IMG/VR virus record: IMGVR_UViG_3300002026_000021
Direction: 5' to 3' (one strand)
Length of the DNA stretch: 64,000 nucleotides
Origin: a virus
The stretch's first letter is position 1, and each line of letters opens with the position of its first letter. Below are positions 18,355 to 26,229 of this stretch, in pieces. The translations under genes and the position numbers were made by a program. The notes under the pieces were generated by a model. The model did no database searches and was not told where the DNA came from. It worked only from the letters and a program-made list of their open reading frames with translations.

Positions 18355-18383
18355 ATTATATACTATTATTTAAGTTTTGTCAA
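18355..18383 (-). promoter_or_regulatory. sigma70-type promoter for cas3 (TTGACA-N17-TATAAT)
   Basis: Minus strand: TTGACA AAACTTAAATAATAGTA TATAAT. Confidence 0.65.
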
Positions 18384-18555
18384 TATGTTTTATTAAAAAT
18401 ATTAATAAGATTGTTATAGCATACTGGGCAAAGTTCTAATTCTTTAATTTCTGTAACTTGCTTAAAGAAACCAACACCAGTAATTTCAGATAAGCTTAGT
18501 ACTAATAATTCAGAAGCTGTATTACCACAATGGTCACAAGTATAAGTTATTGTTT

Positions 18556-18996
18556 TCATTTGCCTTCCTCCTTGTTAACAACATCAATACTAAGGATATC
18601 ACTTCTACTCAGTTTCAATATACCAAACCCTCTATTACTACCTTGTCCATACTCCCAATTATAATATTCAGATTCACGAGTTCTTAACCAATGTGTTACT
18701 CTTCTAAAAGAATATGGAACAGCTACCATAGAATTAGAATAACTATACTCTTTACCTGATTTTAATGTAATCTTAATATGCCAAAGCTTTTTAGGTACTT
18801 CTTTTAATACTTCCATAGATGGCGCTTCAGGATAAAAGTAGTTTACTTTATTCTTAGGGATATCTATATCCTTATCCTTATTACCTTCTTTAAGTTTTTC
18901 TATTTCATAATTACGTTGATTAAGAATAAAAATAAGAAAGATTATTATTATACCAAAAGCCATAGACAGAATAAAAGGAGCAATAAGATATGTCAT
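18556..18996 (-). CDS. membrane-anchored hypothetical protein (146 aa)
   Basis: N-terminal TM helix LIAPFILSMAFGIIIIFLIFIL. Confidence 0.5.
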   Translation of the reverse strand: MTYLIAPFILSMAFGIIIIFLIFILNQRNYEIEKLKEGNKDKDIDIPKNKVNYFYPEAPSMEVLKEVPKKLWHIKITLKSGKEYSYSNSMVAVPYSFRRVTHWLRTRESEYYNWEYGQGSNRGFGILKLSRSDILSIDVVNKEEGK

Positions 18997-19274
18997 GATT
19001 TCCTCCTGAAACTCTTTATTATTCTTAATTCTACATCAGTATTAATGTCATACTCGAATTCTAATTGACAGTTAGGACAAAAATGAATCTCCCTCCAACA
19101 AGTAATTCCAGCTACATTAGAAAAAGTATCTAATTTAATAGGGTATACTAAATCACCTCTATTAATAGCCTTATACTCTTTTAAATCAGGAAGTGTCTTA
19201 AACGTACCTGACCTAACTACATAATAATCTAAACGTTTCCATTGCCATTTACATTGAGGACAACAATAAGCCAA
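18993..19274 (-). CDS. Zn-ribbon protein (93 aa)
   Basis: CPQC ... CPNC cysteine pairs. Confidence 0.5.
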   Translation of the reverse strand: MAYCCPQCKWQWKRLDYYVVRSGTFKTLPDLKEYKAINRGDLVYPIKLDTFSNVAGITCWREIHFCPNCQLEFEYDINTDVELRIIKSFRRKS

Positions 19275-19276
19275 GT

Positions 19277-19747
19277 TTACTCTCCTAATTTTTTCATAGC
19301 TAATTCATATTTTACATCTTCATCAGTCTTTTCAGCAAGTTTTTTCATCTCTTCTTCTTTACTAATAATTATATTTTTTAATATATTTAAATTCTTATAA
19401 GAAGGTCTAACTTTATCTATATTCTGGCTTAAAAGAGTAATTGATTCTCCTTTATCATTAATCTCTTCTAAAATAAATAAAGAAGCTGTTGAATACCAAC
19501 GATTACTAGACCAGAAGGTAAAAATAAAATTATCAAAATATAATTTAGTAAAATGCTCCTCTATAATTACTTTCATAATAATCTTATTAGTAAGAATCTT
19601 AGTAACAAGGTCATCATACTTTTTATCATAGGGGTGAATATGAATACAACCATATTTTAGTCGTTCATAAGTTTCTTCATTCATAAAGCCACATTCAAAG
19701 GCCCATCGATAAATCTGATTAATAAGCTCTTTCATAATAACCTCCAT
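19277..19747 (-). CDS. hypothetical protein (156 aa)
   Basis: ORF in track. Confidence 0.5.
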   Translation of the reverse strand: MEVIMKELINQIYRWAFECGFMNEETYERLKYGCIHIHPYDKKYDDLVTKILTNKIIMKVIIEEHFTKLYFDNFIFTFWSSNRWYSTASLFILEEINDKGESITLLSQNIDKVRPSYKNLNILKNIIISKEEEMKKLAEKTDEDVKYELAMKKLGE

Positions 19748-20073
19748 TAATTCATCATATCTTTAAGTTCAAGGAAATACATTCCCATGATGTCATCAGC
19801 GATACTAGATACAGGCTTAGTAAAAAGTCCTTGAATAGAATTAGCAATCATTTGAGAGAAGAAGCAGGGAATGGCCCAGGCACAATCCTCTTCAAAGAAG
19901 TAGTAGTTATTATAAAAGATAGCTTCAGCCAGAGCTTTGGTAGGAAGCTCTTTCTCAGCCAAAGCTTTAGAGATACGAAGACCCCCATGAGAAGCAGTTC
20001 CTACGAAAGAAACACCACGAATATCCCCTGCTTGAATACAATCAACCAACCCCCACGGACTCATCATAGCCAT
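19747..20073 (-). CDS. hypothetical protein (108 aa)
   Basis: ORF in track. Confidence 0.5.
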   Translation of the reverse strand: MAMMSPWGLVDCIQAGDIRGVSFVGTASHGGLRISKALAEKELPTKALAEAIFYNNYYFFEEDCAWAIPCFFSQMIANSIQGLFTKPVSSIADDIMGMYFLELKDMMN

Positions 20074-20102
20074 TTTTAGCCCCCTTAATCTAACTTAATA
20101 AG

Positions 20103-20131
20103 AGTATACACTATTTATAGTTATTTGTCAA
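20103..20131 (-). promoter_or_regulatory. sigma70-type promoter TTGACA-N17-TATACT
   Basis: Minus strand: TTGACAAATAACTATAAATAGTGTATACT. Confidence 0.55.
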
Positions 20132-20137
20132 TAGGTA

Positions 20138-20383
20138 TTAAGATTGAACCTTCGTAATTTCTTCCATTTCCTGAATATAAGTTTTGATAACAGACTTATT
20201 TGGTCCAAACTTATAAGTATTTCCTACTGCTCTAGTATTTCCATATCCTTTCTGTTCTAAGCACCTTCCCTCAGATTTAGATATTTTTTGGAATACTTGG
20301 TACTGTTTCCCTGTATAAGGATAAGAAGCATCCTTAATACTATCAATAAAAGTATCCCCTAAGTTAACTTCTTTAAACAGCAT
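20138..20383 (-). CDS. hypothetical protein (81 aa)
   Basis: ORF in track; consensus promoter upstream at 20103-20131. Confidence 0.45.
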   Translation of the reverse strand: MLFKEVNLGDTFIDSIKDASYPYTGKQYQVFQKISKSEGRCLEQKGYGNTRAVGNTYKFGPNKSVIKTYIQEMEEITKVQS

Positions 20384-20403
20384 ATTATTTCCCCCTATTA
20401 TTA

Positions 20404-20811
20404 TTACTCGGAATTAGTTAGTTTATTGTTTAACAAAATTAAATCACCAGACTGAGAAGTATAATATACATACTTAATTTTGCTCTCCTTAATAGCCTGT
20501 TGGCACATCAAACAAGGTTTAGCTATAGTCCACTTCCCATTGGTAAGGAGTCTACCAATAATCAAAGTATCCCCAACACCTCTAGCTTTAATGATAGCAG
20601 AAATTTCAGCATGGAGATAAATCTTATGCTCAATATGAAGTTCTGATTCAGACAACCGCTTCATAATAGGATGAGTCTTATAATAGGAATTACTCTTCAT
20701 AGCTACTATTTTATTCTTGTTTAGTACAATAGCTCCTACCTTAAACCTATCATCGGTATCAGAGGCTTCTAGGAGAGTTTTAAGCTTGTCCAAGTAGTTG
20801 TAGTAATTCAT
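20404..20811 (-). CDS. dCMP/cytidine deaminase (zinc-dependent CDA fold)
   Basis: HAEISAI (H-A-E zinc ligand/catalytic Glu) and PCLMCQQAI (PCxxC zinc ligands). Confidence 0.75.
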   Translation of the reverse strand: MNYYNYLDKLKTLLEASDTDDRFKVGAIVLNKNKIVAMKSNSYYKTHPIMKRLSESELHIEHKIYLHAEISAIIKARGVGDTLIIGRLLTNGKWTIAKPCLMCQQAIKESKIKYVYYTSQSGDLILLNNKLTNSE

Positions 20812-20892
20812 TACTAGAGTATATTATATATTTTAATTAATGTCAATAAGATAATAAAAAAAAGCATAGTAAATTAATACTATGCTTTAATA

Positions 20893-20965
20893 TCGGAATG
20901 AGTTGACTCGAACAACCGACTGCCCCGCCCCAAACGGGGAACTCTACCAACTGAGTTACATTCCG
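20893..20965 (-). tRNA. tRNA-Pro (anticodon UGG)
   Basis: Folded by hand: acceptor CGGAATG/CATTCCG, D-arm ACTC-AGTTGGTA-GAGT, anticodon arm CCCCG-TTTGGGG-CGGGG, T-arm GGTTG-TTCGAGT-CAACT. Confidence 0.8.
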
Positions 20966-21159
20966 ATTATTTAATTACAACTAAATTATCTATTAATTCA
21001 TCTGTATCTATTTCTTCGTTCCAGTATTGAATTAATAATTCTTTATTCTTAGCATACTGAAGGAACTTTTTATATGTTTTTCATAGGAAGTTCCATGTGT
21101 TCAGCTTCGGTAAGGATAGAATCTTCATCAAGTTTACGCATTTTAACCTCTTGAGTAAT

Positions 21160-21188
21160 AGTATAGCATATTTAATTAGTATTGTCAA
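21160..21188 (-). promoter_or_regulatory. sigma70-type promoter TTGACA-N17-TATACT
   Basis: Minus strand: TTGACAATACTAATTAAATATGCTATACT. Confidence 0.55.
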
Positions 21189-21294
21189 TAGGTAAAAATA
21201 GAAATAAAATAATAGGAGATGTAGGAGTTGGACCTACTGTGGCAGTTTATAAGACTGCTCCTCAAAACCGTCGAGGACACCTCCAATGTTAACT

Positions 21295-21522
21295 TCAATC
21301 AAATTCTGCTGACTCTAAATTATCTTCCCAACCCTCTCTTTCATCCTCATCCATATCTTCCCAATCACAACCTGTAGGCTCATCAAAATCTTGGTCATCA
21401 GTACTAGGTTCTTTATGAAACTCATTACAGCCACAACCACTACAGGCTAACCAGATTAAATCTGCTTCACTAATAGTACAAGCAAACTCATGAGAACCAC
21501 ATTCATTACAAACCCAGTCCAT
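21295..21522 (-). CDS. Zn-ribbon / acidic protein (75 aa)
   Basis: CNEC ... CSGCGC; acidic C-terminus. Confidence 0.5.
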   Translation of the reverse strand: MDWVCNECGSHEFACTISEADLIWLACSGCGCNEFHKEPSTDDQDFDEPTGCDWEDMDEDEREGWEDNLESAEFD

Positions 21523-21614
21523 AATTATTTAACTCCTAATAAAAACTGACTTAATGAATTATACTACATTAAGTCAGTTTTGTCAATATTGTTACTGATT
21601 ATTATTTGATTCTA

Positions 21615-21690
21615 GTGCTAACTAGAAGGATTTGAACCTTCAACAAGCACGGTCTAAACGTGCGGTGTCTGCATTGCACCATAGTGGCAT
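21615..21690 (-). tRNA. tRNA-like gene (perfect T-arm GAAGG-TTCAAAT-CCTTC and an anticodon-like arm GCACG-TTTAGAC-CGTGC, anticodon UAG); the acceptor and D stems do not fold canonically
   Basis: Consensus promoter at ~21714-21745 lies immediately upstream on the minus strand; I could not close the acceptor stem by hand. Confidence 0.4.
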
Positions 21691-21751
21691 TCACTCTACA
21701 ATAATAGTATATACTAAATAACCAGTATTGTCAATTAAAATCGTAAAAATA

Positions 21752-22144
21752 TTAACCATAAATATCTACAAGAGCTTGTTCACTCATGTAGTTATCACAT
21801 TTCCGTATCTTTGAACCCTCAGTGTAAAATTTTAATTCATCTTTTAAGTATTCAATAAAATGAACAGAAAACTCTGCATCGGAGGATTCTAAAAAATCAT
21901 CATCATAGAACATAAACTCTTCACAATACTCATCAATATTTTCTTCTATCTCTGATAGAGGTTTTTGTAAAATAGTATTTATTTTTGCTATATGATATTC
22001 AAAATACTCCATTACAGACTTAGGTGAGCCAAACCCTCCATCAGAAGTAGCAAAGTGTTTTCCAGATACTATTACATAACCAAAGCTATCTTCTTCATCA
22101 AAATCTTCATATGGACCTAAAACAAACCAAAAGGCATTTTTCAT
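21752..22144 (-). CDS. hypothetical acidic protein (130 aa)
   Basis: ORF in track. Confidence 0.5.
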   Translation of the reverse strand: MKNAFWFVLGPYEDFDEEDSFGYVIVSGKHFATSDGGFGSPKSVMEYFEYHIAKINTILQKPLSEIEENIDEYCEEFMFYDDDFLESSDAEFSVHFIEYLKDELKFYTEGSKIRKCDNYMSEQALVDIYG

Positions 22145-22237
22145 TGGTATCCCCTAATAAAGTTAATCTAAGATTAGTATACTAATAAATTCTTTTCTTG
22201 TCAACTACCTTTTAAGATTATCAACAAGAAAAGAAGC

Positions 22238-23020
22238 TTACTCATAGAAATCTTTAATACCATCATACACATCTTTAATGTAAATCTTTCTAACAATATC
22301 TCTTTTATCAGCACCCCAATCATCATCATAATAATTGTATCTTAAAGACTTTGCTTTATACCATTTGGGCCAAAGATGAGCAGAATTAAATTCTTGATGA
22401 AGCCTTTGGTATTTAGAAACACTTTCATCATCATATACCTTTCTTCTATAAATATAGTTTACTTCTACCTTTTTAGAAAACTTCCATAAAGGTTCTTTAC
22501 AACGATATTCATAGTGTTCTGATAATCTCCAACCAGGAACATCTCTTCTAACCTTATTAAAAAAGGTTTTGAGAGGACAGGGAAGTTTTTCATATTCATT
22601 CTCAGTAAGCTTCTTAAAGCCTAAAGGTGCTTCAACTTTCTTTTCACCTTTTCTAGGCTTTCTTACAAATAATCTTCCTGAATAAGAATAGTTATCAAAG
22701 GTAAAGGAGTTCTTATTAGTACTAGGGTATACTAAAAACTTTCTATCGTAAGAATACTGATGAATAGTAATTAATTCTATTAGTTCTTTAAGTTTAGCCC
22801 CCTCGCTAGTTTTACTAATGTCAGGTCTAACAACTAAATACCGATGATACCCATTAAATATAGGAGGGTTAACATCCACCCATTCATAGTTATCAGTAGA
22901 CATCTTTCTAAAATGACATAAATCTCGTTCTTTTTTAAGAATTAATTTATCTTTATTAAGATATTTTAATCTTAAACCTCTTTTTAAGACTCTTTCTTCT
23001 TTATCCATTTGATTTACCAC
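22238..23020 (-). CDS. hypothetical protein (260 aa)
   Basis: ORF in track. Confidence 0.5.
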   Translation of the reverse strand: MVNQMDKEERVLKRGLRLKYLNKDKLILKKERDLCHFRKMSTDNYEWVDVNPPIFNGYHRYLVVRPDISKTSEGAKLKELIELITIHQYSYDRKFLVYPSTNKNSFTFDNYSYSGRLFVRKPRKGEKKVEAPLGFKKLTENEYEKLPCPLKTFFNKVRRDVPGWRLSEHYEYRCKEPLWKFSKKVEVNYIYRRKVYDDESVSKYQRLHQEFNSAHLWPKWYKAKSLRYNYYDDDWGADKRDIVRKIYIKDVYDGIKDFYE

Positions 23021-23292
23021 CTTACAGCTTAATCATAATGGACCTCCTTAATTAGAAATATAGTGCCGGAACCATGAGTCGCACATGGATATAGGGATTT
23101 TCAGTCCCCCCTTTTACTCTTAAAGTATTCTGGCATATGATTATTTTGAAGTCTGCCTATAGCAGTTTAGCTTTTTACGTTACTTATTACTGGTGCATTA
23201 TCGTCATCAACAGTTAGTAACAACTTCAAAGCCGAATTACGAGGTATCTAGGTACTGCCCCTAGCTCCACGGATTAACAGTCCGTACCCTCA

Positions 23293-23829
23293 CTATGACG
23301 GGCCTATACCTCTTATTTCTTCGTGCAATTCTCTATGACAATTCGCACAAACTAAAATACATTTATCAACTTCCTCTAAACTTCTTTTCAGATTTTTTAT
23401 ATCTCCTGAAGAGATACCAAAATCTTTTTGATTAGAATCTTTATGATGAAATTCTAATGCTGTAACTGATTTTGAATACCCACAAATTTCACATTTCCCA
23501 CCCTTATACTCTACAAGAAACTTTTTTCTTCTTTTTCTAAAATCCTCTATAATTTTAGACTTAGATTTTGCGGGGTCTTTACATAATTTACAAACCCCTG
23601 ATACATTATTGTAACTAATTTCTTTATTACATTTGGAACAAAATCTCTTATCTTTTCTTTTTAAAGAAAGACTTATTTTAGCTTTAACCTCTTCTGTTCT
23701 TTCCCTTTTATTAGCACACGATTGAGAACAAAATCGTGGTATTGGATTCTTTTTTAAAGACCTTTTATCCTTTCTCCAATCTTCTAAAAACTCTTTTTTA
23801 CATTTCTCACAAGTAAACATTGGAACCAC
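23293..23829 (-). CDS. HNH homing endonuclease (Cys-rich, zinc-binding)
   Basis: EFHHKDSNQKD ... LVCANCHRELH is an HNH motif; multiple CxxC pairs; embedded in the tRNA cluster. Confidence 0.7.
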   Translation of the reverse strand: MVPMFTCEKCKKEFLEDWRKDKRSLKKNPIPRFCSQSCANKRERTEEVKAKISLSLKRKDKRFCSKCNKEISYNNVSGVCKLCKDPAKSKSKIIEDFRKRRKKFLVEYKGGKCEICGYSKSVTALEFHHKDSNQKDFGISSGDIKNLKRSLEEVDKCILVCANCHRELHEEIRGIGPS

Positions 23830-23882
23830 CTATATAAGCATATACTTAATTAGTATATCTCATTAAGATAGGTTCAAAAATA

Positions 23883-23970
23883 GGTGACTAATGGGATTCA
23901 AACCCATGATGAAGGCTTTCGCCTTAGTGATTCCACAGACCACTCCAATCGCTCACTCTGGCATAGTCAC
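23883..23970 (-). tRNA. type II (long variable arm) tRNA, isotype uncertain (anticodon loop reads CUGUGGA)
   Basis: Acceptor GTGACTA/TAGTCAC; T-arm ATGGG-TTTGAAT-CCCAT; ~19-nt variable arm. Confidence 0.5.
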
Positions 23971-23971
23971 A

Positions 23972-24044
23972 AGCGGTATATCAGGTTCGAACTGATGACA
24001 ACCAATTTGGAAGACTGGAACTCTACCAACTGAGCTAATACCGC
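23972..24044 (-). tRNA. tRNA-Gly (anticodon UCC)
   Basis: Acceptor GCGGTAT/ATACCGC, D-arm GCTC-AGTTGGTA-GAGT, anticodon arm CCAGT-CTTCCAA-ATTGG, T-arm ATCAG-TTCGAAC-CTGAT. Confidence 0.8.
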
Positions 24045-24053
24045 AAAAAAAAT

Positions 24054-24127
24054 TAGTTCCGGTCAGATTTGAACTGACGATAACCGCATAGAAAGTGCGG
24101 TGGCTTAAACCACTCGCCTACGGAACC
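24054..24127 (-). tRNA. tRNA-Glu (anticodon UUC)
   Basis: Acceptor GGTTCCG/CGGAACT, anticodon arm CCGCA-CTTTCTA-TGCGG, T-arm GTCAG-TTCAAAT-CTGAC. Confidence 0.75.
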
Positions 24128-24223
24128 ATTAAACAATAGCAAGTACTCCCGAAGGGTCTTGCACCCTCACTGTTAGGATTTTGAGTCCTATGCCTCTGCT
24201 TTTGGGCTACGGGAGCGTCCTAG

Positions 24224-24302
24224 CCAAGGTGACAAGATTCGAACTTGCATACTCCAATTACTCGGTTAACGACCGTTTAGAAGACGGTTGAGGTACACCT
24301 TG
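24224..24302 (-). tRNA. tRNA-like gene, isotype undetermined
   Basis: Acceptor CAAGGTG/CACCTTG and T-arm GCAAG-TTCGAAT-CTTGT are clear; the D and anticodon arms were not resolved by hand. Confidence 0.45.
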
Positions 24303-24478
24303 ATACTCTACATCTGGACCGTGTGGGTAGCGACCCCTACGTTAACCTTTTCGGTTAGAGCGGAACCTTCCGTCGGCCCTCAGTTAGTGAATTAAAAAAC
24401 GTAGGACGAGAGCATCTCGGTCCCCTTGCCATCTAGGTCATTTTCTAACTCACTATAACAAGTATATACTAATTATCA

Positions 24479-24772
24479 CTAACTGTCAATAGGTTCAGTA
24501 CCGTTTTTCTGATTAATTCCTAAGAAAGTTTTTAATCCATCAGAAATAGAAGTAGGACTAGCATCAGGGTTATTATCAATATACTCAATAGTTTTCATTA
24601 TCATTGAATAAAATGAATTAACAGCTTCATTCATACTAACCATCTGTTTAATAGCTTCATCAGGTTTCTCTTTAACTAACTCAGTAACAGTATCTATCAA
24701 TGATTTAGGTTTAGGCATAAAGTCTGACTCTAATACCTTTCCTGAAGGAAATTCAATAACTGTTGCTGGCAA
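24479..24772 (-). CDS. hypothetical protein (97 aa)
   Basis: ORF in track. Confidence 0.5.
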   Translation of the reverse strand: MPATVIEFPSGKVLESDFMPKPKSLIDTVTELVKEKPDEAIKQMVSMNEAVNSFYSMIMKTIEYIDNNPDASPTSISDGLKTFLGINQKNGTEPIDS

Positions 24773-24775
24773 TTT

Positions 24776-25036
24776 TTACTCCTCTAAAGTAGATACTTTA
24801 AATTTATTATCTTCTGACCAATTAAACATTGGTTTATCCTTACACCAGCTTTCTTCTGTTTTAGTTACATTATTTTTACAAACCCATTCATACTTTCTTC
24901 TTCCATATTTATCAATTCCACCTATATCTTGAGCATAGAAGCATTTTCTATTAGGACAATTTGAATCATACACATAAATATCTTTTTCTTTTACTAGTGG
25001 ATACCATTTGTTGTCTTTTTCTAATTTTAATTTCAT
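24776..25036 (-). CDS. hypothetical protein (86 aa)
   Basis: ORF in track; tandem palindromic repeats immediately upstream. Confidence 0.5.
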   Translation of the reverse strand: MKLKLEKDNKWYPLVKEKDIYVYDSNCPNRKCFYAQDIGGIDKYGRRKYEWVCKNNVTKTEESWCKDKPMFNWSEDNKFKVSTLEE

Positions 25037-25053
25037 TATAAACTCCTTATATT

Positions 25054-25112
25054 ATACCCTATCAGGTATAATTATTACTAATATAACCAAATTATACCCT
25101 ATCAGGTATAAA
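25054..25112. promoter_or_regulatory. two copies of a 20-bp palindromic element ATTATACCCTATCAGGTATA (candidate operator pair) upstream of ORF 24776-25036
   Basis: Direct repeat at 25054-25073 and 25093-25112; each copy contains the inverted repeat TATACC ... GGTATA. Confidence 0.45.
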
Positions 25113-25176
25113 AACGGGATTAGGGAGAATTGGACTCCCATTATCGGCGTGACAAGCCGACGTAATAACCACTATA
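25105..25176 (-). tRNA. tRNA-Asp (anticodon GUC)
   Basis: Acceptor GGGATTA/TAATCCC, anticodon arm TCGGC-TTGTCAC-GCCGA, T-arm GGGAG-TCCAATT-CTCCC. Confidence 0.75.
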
Positions 25177-25180
25177 CGAT

Positions 25181-25267
25181 AATCCCAATAAGCAGGAAGT
25201 TGGATTTGAACCAACGCGAAGGTTTCCCTTACTAGCTTACAAGGCTAGTCTAATCGGCCAGACTATA
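25181..25267 (-). tRNA. tRNA-Tyr (anticodon GUA), type II
   Basis: Acceptor GCAGGAA/TTCCTGC, anticodon arm CTAGC-CTTGTAA-GCTAG, long variable arm, T-arm GTTGG-TTCAAAT-CCAAC. Confidence 0.75.
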
Positions 25268-25283
25268 GGATTCCTGCATTTAC

Positions 25284-25520
25284 TTATTCTAAAAGTTTCT
25301 TAATCTTATATACAGGTAGTGACCCTTCTATCCTACTAGTAATCTTATCATTATCTTTAATAATAATAGTAGGGAATGAAGATATTCCTAATTTAATTAA
25401 AACCTTTTCATCATTTTCTGCATCAAGTTCATGAAAGGGAATTGACTCTTTAACTAAAGCTAACTTTAATGACTTACAAGGTGAACACCATTCTGCTGAA
25501 CAAATAGTTAGTGATTTCAT
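25284..25520 (-). CDS. glutaredoxin/NrdH-like thiol-disulfide redoxin
   Basis: WCSPCK is the CxxC active site near the N-terminus; 78 aa. Confidence 0.6.
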   Translation of the reverse strand: MKSLTICSAEWCSPCKSLKLALVKESIPFHELDAENDEKVLIKLGISSFPTIIIKDNDKITSRIEGSLPVYKIKKLLE

Positions 25521-25720
25521 TGTACTTCCTCATCATCCTCAGTATATTTCGATACCCACATTACTTCATCTTCGTCAATACCAGTTTTTAAACAAGTACC
25601 ATCAGTATTATGAACAACAATATAACCAATTTCTTCTCTAGTTAATAAAAGAGCTAAACTATCATAGGCTATACGTTTAAATACATCTAATTGCTCATCA
25701 TCTTCAATATGTATTTTCAT
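25517..25720 (-). CDS. hypothetical acidic protein (67 aa)
   Basis: ORF in track. Confidence 0.4.
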   Translation of the reverse strand: MKIHIEDDEQLDVFKRIAYDSLALLLTREEIGYIVVHNTDGTCLKTGIDEDEVMWVSKYTEDDEEVQ

Positions 25721-26001
25721 AATCCCTCTTTATACTTACACCCTAAATATATATGACCTTCTTTTTCTAAAACTTTTTCATCAAGACGTTTCCTTACTCC
25801 TGAACCTTCTGGAAAGGAAAGTTCTTCACAGCCCTTATATGGCATTCCAGTAGGATGAGAAAATCTGCTAGGCCAATTTATAGTACCTACTTTCTCTTCA
25901 GGACAAACACATTGATTACTACTACCAAATATTTCATTAGTCCTTTTTTCTCTACTTCTAAACCATTTACAATTAACTATTTTTTCCACCTTATCCTCCA
26001 A
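25717..26001 (-). CDS. hypothetical protein (94 aa)
   Basis: ORF in track. Confidence 0.45.
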   Translation of the reverse strand: MEDKVEKIVNCKWFRSREKRTNEIFGSSNQCVCPEEKVGTINWPSRFSHPTGMPYKGCEELSFPEGSGVRKRLDEKVLEKEGHIYLGCKYKEGL

Positions 26002-26149
26002 AAAAAGAAGTATAGAAGTTTCCTAGACCTTTACCATCAGGCTCATTACGCTCACAAAGGTATTATAGAGCTACTATAACAGCTTTGCTAATCATTGGCA
26101 TGAATCGACCTCACTTCAGAAACTCCCTAGTCGTTATATACTTCTTTAA

Positions 26150-26221
26150 CAGGCCCATAAGGATTCGAACCCTAACAAGCACTTTTGGAGAGTGCCGTGC
26201 TACCGTTAACACCATAGACCT
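26150..26221 (-). tRNA. tRNA-Trp (anticodon CCA)
   Basis: Acceptor AGGTCTA/TGGGCCT (two G-U pairs), U8, D-arm GTGT-TAACGGTA-GCAC, anticodon arm GCACT-CTCCAAA-AGTGC, T-arm TAGGG-TTCGAAT-CCTTA. Confidence 0.7.
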
Positions 26222-26229
26222 AAAATAAA

